Assembly (NCBI GenBank): GCA_023231475.1
Contig: JALJEE010002469.1
Span: 62,001 to 124,984 of the forward strand
From: Seison nebaliae
Lineage: Eukaryota
DNA length: 62,984 nucleotides
Direction of reading: 5' to 3'
Shown here: piece by piece, positions 1-12,261 of the stretch
How positions within the stretch are numbered: the stretch's first letter is position 1
How the letters are laid out: every line of letters starts with the position of its first letter
The notes under the pieces: generated by a model
What the model was told of the DNA's origin: nothing
What the model saw: only the letters and a program-made list of their open reading frames with translations
Database searches by the model: none
Made by a program: the position numbers and the translations under genes

Positions 1-993
1 ATCGAATGCTCTCTCCGATCTTTCTTCTTCGTTAGAGGCAAATTATATGGAGACAGGTGTACTACTGAAAATATTTTTGGTGGCATTTTAACTAATAAAT
101 TATAATTGGGAGAAATTAATGAAAATTAAAGAGGAGAAAGTAGTTGGAAAGATAAGAAGAAGAGACAGGTGGATCATCACAAAGTCAAAGGAAAGTATAT
201 ACCAAATTGAATTGACGACGTCGACGAAAGAAGAAAAGGGAGGAGAAGATGAGAAGAGTCGAATCGACTTTTAATGAAAGGATATATAAAGGTGAGATGC
301 AGAGCACAGGCAAATAAGAAAAAAACCGAACAACGAAGATGATGAAGATAAATAATAAGAATAGTTTGTTATATGTAAATGAAGGGAAAACGAAAGAGAT
401 TATAAAAATAAATGTCGTTTGGAATATGATAAGTTCTCAGTCGGATGTTCCCGCTGAAAATGATATGAGATTTTCACCTCACCAGATTTCCCCACATTCA
501 ATCTTCGAATACATCTTTAATTCATAGAGCGGAAAACCTTTCAGTTCTTTTCCTCACACATTCTTTCGTCAAGGCCTGTAATCATGAAGAATGAAATCTA
601 TTTCATTTCGATATTCCCACGCTAGAGACAGTTTGGATAGATAGACAAACGGAGAGAAGACAGGAGAAACGGTTAGATTAAATGGTTAAATTAGACGGTT
701 AAATAGTTAGGTAAAGATACTATAGGTCGGTGGCTAGAGAGTGGCACGTGTAAGTGTGTGTGTATGTGTGTGTATGAGAGAAATATGCATATTCACATAT
801 CCAACACCAGAATCTTTAGATGTCCTCCACATTCACAAGTTAAGTCTCTATCGCCGATGCGTCGATGAGTGCGAATGTGCGTGCACTTTGTGAATGAATG
901 GGAGATATGGATACATATGTCAATTATTTCCATACTAAGTAAATGAAATTCTCATTTTGAAGTTTACTATTTATTTTCATAAGTCTATCGCAT

Positions 994-3900
994 TTATAGC
1001 ATATCCTTCGACCGTAAATAATCATGGATTAAATTGGTCAATTTGAAACCGGTGAATCGTTCCAATCTCTCGGGTAAGTTTCTCGCCGATGGTAATGAAC
1101 TTATTCGTTTCTCTTCTTCTGGCTCTTCTTCCGTCATGCGCGAAGGACAACTGTTTCGTCGCGAACTCCACGGCTCTCCTTTCGGTAGACTTTTCTTCGC
1201 CGGTAGACTAGAATCGATACTTGACATCATCTCAAACGAATTGAGCCAGGGCACTTGTCGATATTTCCCTCGACGATTCATTGTCGACGGGAAACTCTTC
1301 TCACTCGTCAATCGAGCCCACTCGCCAACATTCCCATCCGCCATCATTTCTATATCATGTCCATCTTCTGACACATTGACCGGCAACAGATTACCACTCT
1401 CTCCACGTCCATTCCTCAATCTTTTCGACATTCTCCGACGTTTAAAAAGAGTGCTAAAGCCTAAATAGACAACTATAATTACGACGATAAGCAGGACACC
1501 TGGAAATACGATAGTTCCGATTAAAGTCATAAAGATGTTATACTTCCTTCTGGAGCCGGGCGATTTCAAATGACGAATTTTACGATAATTCTTCGTTTTA
1601 ACAATCACACTTTCGTTATGTTTCAAACAATTGGAGTTAATATAAGGATCGTTTCTCGGACATAAACATTCGCCATTTCTCATCTCAATTCCATCGCAAC
1701 CAGTTTCATTCGAGAGGAGAAGTTTCTTCTCAACCGATATCGTCTTTCCAGTAATGCGCAATAATTCCATCACATTCTTTTCCACATGACCAACTGCAGT
1801 CGTACTGAATACATCATTGAAACAAGATTTTATTTTACAAGTAAATATTTTATGAAAAGTTGAATGAACATTGAATCCATCGACGAACATGAACAACATT
1901 CCATTATCAAGTTGAATACGACGAATAACCGGATGTCCCAGATCTTTTTCAAACGACATTCTCATTGATTCTATAATTCGATAAGATCTCTTTTTTTCTT
2001 CTTCTAATTTCAATAACTCATTCATATCCGTTACTGCATACATTATATCGTCATTCATTACGAAATCGACAATCGTCGAATAATTCCCAATTATTTCAAG
2101 TTGTTCAATCATATCTCCCGTCCATAACAATCGTATGATTCTCGTTTCTATTCGATGATCTTTATTTGCCTCCGATTTCTCCAAAATAAACAGATATTGA
2201 TCATGTATCACTAACCGTTGAATGTCGAATTGACCTCTATATGGAAATGGTGAAAGAATGGAAAGTGGAGGAAGTGGAGAAACTTCGTTTTGTAAATGAA
2301 AAATATTCGATGTTTCAAATTCGGCAATTCGTCAATCTCTCCTACAAACATTTCATTTCGTTCATTCACAAAGAATATTTGATAATTGAATCGATCGATC
2401 TCCATAAACTTTATCTGTCCTATACTTACCAGAGGTGACTGTTTTCGATCTAAATAAGTCAATCCTTGAAGTGGGATATTGAAATTAGCATCTTGCTAAT
2501 CAATTGTCGATTAAGAGAAGAAAAGGTGAATTAGAACACATGTATTGTAAAAATAAAAGAACCTGAAAAGATGGTAATTCGAAACGAAAAAGAAAAGCCG
2601 ATTCTTCACCATCACTAATAATATAGAGATATGGTGCTAAATACTTCATTTTCACGACTTTATTTTTTCGAATATCTAACAACATCTGCATTCGTAAACT
2701 CATCATTGTTTGTTTGAATTTGAAGAGTTTACCTCGTTCATCGAACGAATACCATTGGAATCCCATCAAATATTTCTTTGAGAAGAAGATTGAGAGGAAC
2801 AGTTCGTCATTTCTCGTCTTCGGTGTACATGGGAGTTTTTTCGTTTCGTTATTGAACAAAGGAAAGTTTGCCGATTTTTTTGACATTTGATTTTGGATGA
2901 TTTCATGTTTCATATATTTCTCATATTCATAAATGATTTCTTCAGTTCCATTTGCAACCTGTTTACGGAAACCGAAGAAACAAAATTTCTCTTTCTTCAA
3001 ATGACAACAAATTCTCTTCCAATTTTTTTCGAAGAAATAATCTTCCTCCGAATTGACAACATATCTCCCCAATAGATGTAATCCATTCTTCCAAAATAAT
3101 TTAACAATCAATTCATCTAATTCCGTATCGAATATGATGAGAATAATTGCAGATAAATCATTTTTCTCATTCTCCTTCATTTCCATTATCTGGAAATCTT
3201 TTATGATATTATTCGTTTGAGATGTGTAGATGAATTTCGATGCCATATCATTCATATTTAATTCAACGAGGTTATGTTGTTCATAAAGAAAATAAAGTTT
3301 GGGAGATCCGTTTGAAAATAACCATATGAAATGATGGACATCTGGCAGGAATGGAATTTTACGATTCTTCCCATTGGAACTTATTTCGAAATTTTTATGG
3401 ATTTTACAATTTTTAAAATTGATCATTTTACAACTTTGTCCTTCGGATATGAATGGCCATAAACAATTTTCCGATTCGTCCGATGTATTTTCTCCTCGTC
3501 CATCCATATTATTTTCGATGGTTCCATGTGTAAATGGAATAACTTCAGATATGGTGGGAAAGAAGGCGGAGAAGTTGAGTGTGGTCTTATTATATCGTAA
3601 TAGTTTGTGCATATACCAAGAGAAGACATAAATTTCATCATTATACGATTTCGTTAATGATGTGACGATGGTCGTTGAATTATTTAATCGATTACATTGG
3701 TGAGGCAATCGAGGCCATTTCCCTAAATTTGCACATTCATTTTTATCGTTCACTTTTCGCCATTTGATGGCTCGATATTTTTTCGTTTTCAACGCCCGAT
3801 AAATATTTCGGGGAAGGTAAGGCATCATCATAATTTCATCGTCGACCGTTTCCACTTTTATTGCGTCGCTTTTAAAAGAAATTTTCATTTAAATTTTATG

Positions 3901-5886
3901 AAAATGATAAATTGAACTTGTCGATAGATAAGGTGATGGAACCGATGGGCAACTTGTCCACATAAAGGAAATCGATGTTGTTCGTCGATGGATCACATTG
4001 GGAAATAGTTTGAAAAAGTTGAAGGAATTCGAATGCGATTAGTAATTCATTCTCGAACAATTTAACGAGACCGAGAACTAAATTATTTTTAATATTAATA
4101 TCTAAATGGATTATATTCACATTCTCCAACAGTTGAACATGACAATCTATTAAAAATCGACATTTAAATAATATATGAGAATGAGATGATAAAACCGTTT
4201 TGTGTGGAAATTCCTATGAGTTTATGTTGAATCAATGCGACGAAATGTGTTTGATTTCGATATTGATATGAATGGACGAATGCCAAATCCAATTCTTTAT
4301 TGATGAATGGTAAAGTGAGTATGGTGGACATTAGAAATGGAGTGCCATTTTTTAAAATGAGTCGATCGATTCGATTCGGTCGTCTTAACAGATAAAGATA
4401 ATCATTCGATTCATCTAAGAGGTTCGATTCATTCAATGTACTACAAATATGTCTGGTACGAGTTTTCGCTAAATACGTTTGACGGTTATGTTCCTCTATC
4501 AAAAATAGAGAATGTAATTCCTCATCATAATTCATGTATTTCAATTCATATAAGACAATCTCCGTCGGCGAATGACGTCGAAGAAGATTTTGTAACAATA
4601 ATATCTTGTGATGATGAAATGCATTCTCTTTACGTAATTTCTGAAGTGCTCTTATCTCACAATTCTCCATCGATCGTTGAATGATTTTCGTATTGGTCGT
4701 CAGTATGACACGTGTACAATGGTTGCCAGAATGAACTGATAATTGTTTAACAACATCAACATCTTTCAAATATTTCAAATTAATTTCATTACCCATTTGT
4801 GTCATAGGGCGATTGGAGAAATTAATTCTCAATAATTTCTTCATACAATTGTTGAAGAGATAAATTATTCCGTTGTCACTATCGATACTGATGACGTCTT
4901 GTTGGACACATTTTATTGTCTTATTATTGTCAATTTGCGTTGGCAAATCGAATTCATAAGTATTATTTGTATTTGATCGAATCTGCAAGAACGGTTGTTT
5001 TCCTGATCGATATCCAAATATCCCAATCGAACTAAAGAAGTTGAATGAAATAGGATTGGAATAGAAATGAAAACTCTTTCAATCGATGAATGGATGTGAG
5101 AATTTGAAAATTCTCCAATCGAACAACTTGTGCGTCGTGGATAATTGAAAAATGTTGAGTCTTCCTGAGGAAGTTCAAACGGTAAAATCGCTTACCAAAA
5201 TTCTCGTCATCTTCCAACCATTGCAATTGGTTACAATACTCGTCATAACGCAAATAAGTAACTGCACTCGCTCGATAATCTCCAAATATCGGACGACATT
5301 TGTTCAGAACGAAAACATGTTTGCTGTCATTACCTTCCTGTTATTGGGAGAAATGAAGGAAAAAAATGAATTGATCTTTGGAGGATATCTTCAAGAAAAG
5401 TATATTAGATAGATGATGAAAAGTGGAAAATAGAATTTTCCGTCAAATAGATATGAATGAAGATATGAGATGATGATGATGATGATGATGATATGAAAGT
5501 GTTGAAATGAAAAAAAAGGTAAATAAGTTTTAAAGTGGAGATAGAGTAGTAGAGAGTGAAGAAGTAGTAGAAGTAGTTAGTGAATAAATAAGAAAGAAAA
5601 CCTTTTGAATATTCCCAATGAACAAGTTCTTCTTAACTTCATCGTACCAGAAGAAGGAACGACGATGGTAGGCGATGAAAGTAAAATGGGGAGCATAGGC
5701 AGCGGATGAAATGACGTCCGCTTCTTTGTTCTGACAGGTGATTGCAATATGAACTGGGTCCTTTGAATTCTCACGTAATAATTGCAAATGACGGCCGTAG
5801 CTAATGAGATGCACGTTACGGAACGCTATGACATTCCCGCTCAGTAGACAACACATGAATAAAACAAAGAAATGTTGGCGCTTCAT
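994..5886 (-). CDS. Large orphan type I transmembrane protein (~1457 aa, 7 exons): signal peptide, very large beta-rich ectodomain, Cys-rich juxtamembrane motif, one TM helix, ~150-aa cytoplasmic tail
   Basis: Manual splicing joins seven minus-strand ORF fragments in frame. Exons 5886-5602, 5337-5075, 5031-4196, 4146-3918, 3868-2563, 2495-2284, 2236-994 total 4374 nt, with GT..AG introns of 264, 43, 49, 49, 67 and 47 nt. N-terminal signal-like MKRQHFFVLFMCCLLSGNVIA; EGF-like CDGIEMRNGECLCPRNDPYINSNC; TM IFMTLIGTIVFPGVLLIVVIIVVYLGFSTLF followed by KRRR. Family not recognised. Confidence 0.8.
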
Positions 5887-8367
5887 GTCCGATCAACATT
5901 CAGCAACACACATAAATTAAAGCTGCTCTCTTAAAGTAAGATGATAATTCAGAAGATACACAATCTAAGGGATGTAAACAGCAAAACATGAGTGAAGTGG
6001 GAAGAGAAATGAAACGATAGATAATTTTTGATGAGACTTTCGGACGAATGTAAACTGGTCAGAATGAGAGAGAAGGGAGAATGAAAAAGAAGAGAAAAGG
6101 TCATAAAAGAACTGTCTGATTTGAAGGAGGAAAGGAGGAAATGAATGAAATAAGTTTTAAAGATTCTAATTGAACGGATCACGGTCATCACATAACGATT
6201 GAGAGCGAAAAACATCATCGCTGGCCATTCTCGTCCGATGATAAAAAGTCTAATGGCGATAATTAATGTACCTTTCTACGAGTCATCATTATAAATGTAA
6301 GGGAACTGCTATTCAACGAAATTTGCTTTCGAACGACTCGAAATAAATTCTAACAAGCAAATACGAAAATGAAGAAGACGAAAAAAGAAGGAGAGGAAGA
6401 AGTAGAAGAATATAAAGGAGGAGAATGCGAAGAAGCGAATGAGAGGAGAAAATAGAAAGGTTATATAGATTCCTTGCATATCGATTAATATTTAGGAGAA
6501 TCGTTAAGAAACCTCATAAACCTTATAGACGAAGAATATGATAGCGAATTCTTAATGAATAACCAAATTAAAAGTAATCATATAATTTGCTTGCGTAGCT
6601 ATTGCTTCAACAAGTAATTGACATTATAATTGTCATTTCAGCCGGATACGAACCCTCTTATCACAAATTTCAGATCTCGACTTTCTCATTCACTAATGTC
6701 AGCCCAATGTCCAACATTTTGAGAGATGTTGGTTGTTAAATACATCATTGCACCAGATAATATCAGGACAACAAGTCCCAATGTATCACCTTTTCAATCC
6801 ACTACAAATTTTACTGAAATTTTCTTTTCTTTTCAACATTCGTTCCTCTTAACATTTCGCCAAAGTTCATGGACACTCTCCCAACCGACACATTCTATGA
6901 CGGATATTCGGAAACGGAAAAAAAATAAAATATTTTTTTCCTTCATTCACAAATGTTAATATCTTTTAATTCGAAAAGAAATATGACCAGTTAACTAATT
7001 CGAAGGAAAACTGTAAGAATCCAATAAACTGAAACTGCCATTACTTCTCTCAATGCCCTTTCGTTTAAAGCATTAAAAATCATCTGTCAGCATTTTTTTT
7101 TTTGAAAATCAATCAAACTATAAATCTTCTTTATAAAATAAACATGAAGATTTCACTCATTTTAATATCTTCTGACTAATGTAAGATGAGTTTTGTCATT
7201 ATTTTGAGTAACTTTCATTCATTTTTGTTCAGACAACAATTCCTTTACTTACGTTGGGATAATATTGGGATATAATCTGAATCTATCTAATATTATATGA
7301 TATTATTATCAATTCATTTCACATGGTACATACGCTGAAATGCATCTGATTGACATCTATTGTGAGGAATGGTAGAATGCGAATCATGTTCAATTGATAG
7401 AAAAGTTTAATGATAAAACGGAAAATTAATAATTTTCATTCCCATCGGATTTCAAGTATCCAAATTTTCTAATTAAACTTCCCATATCGTTTAGTGGTTA
7501 AATACACCAATACAAACTTCCACGAATATTTCGTCAAGGAAACACCTCGTACAAAATAAATATTCATGCATAAACACATTGCTCACAGACGATTTCATTT
7601 ACCAAGAATTACATTTAATTACCTCATTGGGAATTAATGGAACATATTTTAGTACCCAGGTAATAAGTAACATAGTGATGAAGAATAATAAGATATTTCT
7701 AATCTTAAATATTTCTTTCTTTCAAACTTGAAAGAATTTCATCTATTTATTTTCCTGATAATGCTCTAATTAAACTCTATGAATACAGTCAATGAATAAA
7801 TTCAATTTTCATTTGAATTTTACGTAATTATAAATCTTGGTCTGTCCCTTAACATTCACCTTTTCTTTCATTCAGCCTTATAGTTTCGTAATTCTTCTTT
7901 CATCCAATCCGAACTGCATTAGTAACTGGTTTATGACCTCCGATTCCTCAACCATTCCATAACATAAGGAGATTTCTGGAACAACTTCAGAAACGTGAAA
8001 TTTCCATTTTTTATGCCTAGAAATATTCCATCTTTTTAATCACACCTACCGAAACGCGATCTTTACCACAGACTACTGGTCATCGATTACGGTTTAACTT
8101 ATTTTCGAACATAATTTTATTTAAAAAAAACTTATAATTCTAACAAGATATAATTCAAAAGGAAATCCTCTAAATGAACTTATATTAAAGAAAAAGAATA
8201 AATTTCAAGTTTTATTAAAATTATAAGATAATAAGATGTACGAAGAATTTCCTTTAGCAGAAGAATGTTTATAGTAAAAATTATCAAATTGTTTTATTAA
8301 TTCTTTTTCCCATTAATACGAATTCAAAAATTCATCCCGAAAACCCAAAAAGGTTTTATTCATTTTC

Positions 8368-9224
8368 TCATTTTCCATATTCTGCAGAACGTTTTGAAGA
8401 ATGATGGAAAGATAGTGTTAAAAATTAGGAAACTTTGATTGAAACAAATTTGAGGTTTATCTGGACCGAGATAAGTATCACAAACCAATTTGGTTAAATT
8501 CTCTGTTGCATCATGTTGGATTTTATCGGTGTGAATCTAAAAATTGGTAGAAGTTCATTAACAATATTCGAATAGTTCAAGAACCCCATTCACAGTTACC
8601 CAAGGCACAAACTCATGTTTCGGCCTTAATTTAGCCGTTTCAGTACCAACATAATATTCCAAAACATTACCTGCCGTACTGTTCGCACAACTCATTAAAA
8701 TTCTTTCATCAAACTTGATCGATTTGGCGCACTGTAGAAAATGGGAAACAATTGAATCAGAAATCAAAAAAAAATTTGAGCAACCTTCAAAGCAATGTTA
8801 TCGATATTGGATGGTTTCTCACTTTCTTTACTGATGAAATATTCCATACAATGTATGAACGTGAATTTTGATGGCTCATCCGTAATATAATTTAATGCAC
8901 ATGTCTCCAATATATTTCCTCGACATTCAACTGGTCCATGTTGACAAACGTATTCATAGTTATATGGCGATTGTCTCGTAATCTATAGACGAATTAAAAT
9001 TAGAATTATCTCACTAGTCATTGAACCTTTGTATTACCGAAAGGATAGAAAGTTATCTTCATAATCGTTCCAACTTCTTTTTCTGCTTTTTCCAATTGTC
9101 CCAAAGTGAAATCGACACAATCGGGACAAAGTGATTCCATGTAGAGCCCAATGTTGACCGGTGGTGCCATATGGGCATTTGAGAGGAGAAAACATATGAA
9201 GAGGAGGAATATTTTGGAAATCAT
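8368..9224 (-). CDS. IFI30: Gamma-interferon-inducible lysosomal thiol reductase (GILT) family protein, ~219 aa, 4-5 exons
   Basis: Exons 9224-9027, 8982-8785, 8731-8585, 8536-8434, 8381-8368. The last intron is tentative; unspliced, the frame stops at 8360. Signal peptide, active-site CXXC (ESLCPDC), GILT signature CQHGPVECRGNILETC, and FVPWVTVNG motif. Confidence 0.93.
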
Positions 9225-10894
9225 TTCTAGTAAACAAATGGAGTTTGAGTGAAAGAAGTTAAATTGAAATTAATCGATTTCACTCGATACAAATACAAAT
9301 CTTTTCCTTACATTGTTTTATTATTACAACAAATTATCGAGGTGTCGAATAGTTAAATAAAAACAAAAATAAAGTCCGGTTAAGAGAGTTCGGAGAGAAG
9401 AACCGACTCACCATGAAAAAATATACGATCGTATTGATCATCGACGATTCTGAAATATTCTCGGAAAAATAGATAACATATTAAGAAATTTATCTGAAAT
9501 TAACAAGAAATTTGTGAAGCAAATCTCTGACTCAATTTTAGATCTCAAACAAATCGAGTACATATGTTAGAATGTCGAAATTTGAAATTAAATTACGTTT
9601 ATTGCAGTTAATTTTTCATTGGAATAATGTCCTAAAATTATTTTCAAGAGATATACTCTCATACTGATTGGAGGTTGTAGAAAGTGAGAGAAATCGAGAA
9701 ATTTCAATTGAGATTGAAAAGATTATTCATCCTACAAAAGACAATCTAAGAATGATCAACGCCATCAGTTAAAATTGAAGATTTCTTCTTTTTATCAATA
9801 GGAAAATAAAGAACATAAATTTCTGTAGCTAATCTAATCTAAACCGGCCGGATGAAAGAGATATTATTAATCTTGATTATTATTATAGTGGCAAACGATA
9901 AATGTAAGAAAACAATATCAATATCATTTTAACATCACATAAATATCAGTTCAAATTATACAATGCTATACAATATTTATTTAGCAATATTTCGAGATAT
10001 TACTCCTAAACACGATGAAGGGTCCAATTTTGTCATTGGTGGAAATGATATCAATATCCTCATACGGAGAACATAAATTTTTCCGTTACTAAAAATTTAA
10101 TATTCTTTAACACAAATGGTCAACTCTCGTCTTTCGGGTAATACTTGTTTACTTATAAAATTGTCTAGATTAAAATATGAGTGGCCATAGAAACTATTTG
10201 ATGAAGATAAGACTTGTTTACTTACAACCTCAACAAATTTAAATAAAATATTTATAATCTCTCATATATTCGTCTGATATATGAAATAATGAGAATTTGA
10301 AAGCAGCTGACATCTCTAACATCTCACATGAGAGTCAATGAATCCTCGTGAAATGCGTTTGGATTAATAATAAAACTAAAAACTAAATTTCGTTGTGATG
10401 AAAAAAATTGTAAGAATAATTAAAGATAAAATTATTTCAGGTTGTTATTAGCCTTGGAGTCATTTCATTTTGATACCTGATACCCATGAAATTTTTGTTT
10501 GAATTTATCGCATAAGAATTTTGATTAATGTGGAGATATGTTTATTGAGAAGGAATTAGAATATAAGAATAACATAAAACAAAATCAACAAGACAAAGGC
10601 TACGGTTGATGGCGAATGATGAGTTTTCAATGTGTTCAGAGTATAAAAAGAACGACAGTGATATGAGACTCAATATGAGAAGAACAATTATATTCACCGG
10701 GAAATATAAGTCATAAAAGTTTAATGATCTTTCAAGTTTTGTTCAGATTTTTTTCTTTTGTTTCATATGCGACGAATTTGATGGTTCCCAACAAATCATC
10801 ATCAGAACTATCAATAGTTAGTTACATAATTTGGTATTTTCAATAATACTATTAGTAATCGATTGGGAGGAGATTGACCGTTCTCCTAACTCTT

Positions 10895-12261
10895 CTACGA
10901 TATGGTGGACGCGACAGAATTTGCATTTCGTTCAACGTCGTTAGTTCTCGGTTGAGTTGATGAGAAATCGTTTCGGAAGTTCGTTGCTCGGAATCGTATC
11001 AGATTTCTTTGAACGATATGCTTGTCGAATTTGATTTGAAGATCATAAGCTTCTAAAATATCTTTTTTACATAAAGGACAACTACGATGATCCATCAGCC
11101 ACTTGTCCACTTCCTTCTTATGGAAATAATGTCTGAATGACAATGATGAAAAGAGAAATTAATCGATTGATATTTTAACTTGCACGGAAGTTCTCGAATG
11201 ACGTCATTCACTCGAAATGAATCTAAACAGATCGTACATGGATCGCCTGTCAATACCACATCGCCATCCTTTACAATCCGTTCCGGTATTTTACTTAACG
11301 CTTTTTTCGTTGCCGCAACAATTTTCTTCTGAAAATTTTTTGAAAGAAAATTATGTAATATATTGAAGTGAGAAGGGAATTAAACTGTGAATCTCGATTT
11401 GGCATTTGATGTTCTCATTCGTTGCCAATAGTAGACGCAACACCAGATGAGTATTGTCATTATAAGAAAGATGAAGAAGAGGATGACCACATAAACGGTA
11501 TTAGTTTTATTCGGTTGACTAAAAATTTGAGAATGGAAAATTAAAATTTTACATTTGAAATGAAAGTAAAAACGTTATTCGAATATAGTAGGAAGTGCCT
11601 TTGATGATGGAGAGGTAGCCAATAGTATTAGTTGTTTTAACGATCTTCTTCAACAGTTGTCCATATGTCTGATTGATGAACACTGTTACGATATCGCCAT
11701 CTATAAAAGAGAATGAAAGAAATTGAAAAATATTTCTTTAAAATATATTAAACGTTTCGTTGTTCTGATGTTATGTTGGAAATTATTATCCTGATCATAA
11801 ATGACGGCAGCTACAGCGTTAGCGGATTTGACCTGTCGAATCTTCTCTTCGAATGAACAATTGCCGCGAGGAATTAGTGCAATCCAATTCCTATTCTTCT
11901 TATCGACGTTAACTCCACAAGCATCAGTGTCCGTTCTGTTGGAAGTGACGTGAAAGAGGGGGAGAGAAGAGACGTTGCTATGAAGTGAGTCGCTGCCATA
12001 GAAACCGACCTCTTCCAGAGGATAAACATAAGATTTATGATTTGTCGTCACATTCAAATGGAAAATGACCGATAAGTAATTTGGATGTAGACTTTCATCT
12101 TTCATCTGAACCTTCACCAATTCTTTCAGAAATTTTAAATGTTCCGAATTCTTACTCGAATCCGATCTGCCTAACTGCTCCTTACCAATTACCTCATCGT
12201 TTTCTGCGGACACGTGCCAAACGAGCAACGTCCACAAGAAACATAGATGGTAGAGATACAT
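10895..12261 (-). CDS. PA-TM-RING E3 ubiquitin ligase (RNF130/RNF150/goliath family), ~384 aa, 5 exons
   Basis: Exons 12261-11754, 11700-11574, 11518-11386, 11328-11180, 11132-10895; introns 53, 55, 57 and 47 nt. Signal peptide MYLYHLCFLWTLLVWHVSA; PA domain WIALIPRGNCSFEEKI...AVAAVIYD; TM VYVVILFFIFLIMTILIWCCVYYW; RING CTICLDSFRVNDVIRELPCKHYFHKKEVDKWLMDHRSCPLCK. An extra 3' exon (to 10818 or 10732) is possible but needs a GTA donor. Confidence 0.9.

Noticed and set aside
6636..6704. tRNA or SINE-like motif on the minus strand (GGGTTCGTATCC, B-box-like)
   Set aside because: No acceptor stem or cloverleaf can be formed, and the A-box is poor.
7878..8016. Short minus-strand open frame after a TAG acceptor (HKKWKFHVSEVVPEISL...)
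   Set aside because: About 45 codons, no open upstream exon and no recognisable homology.
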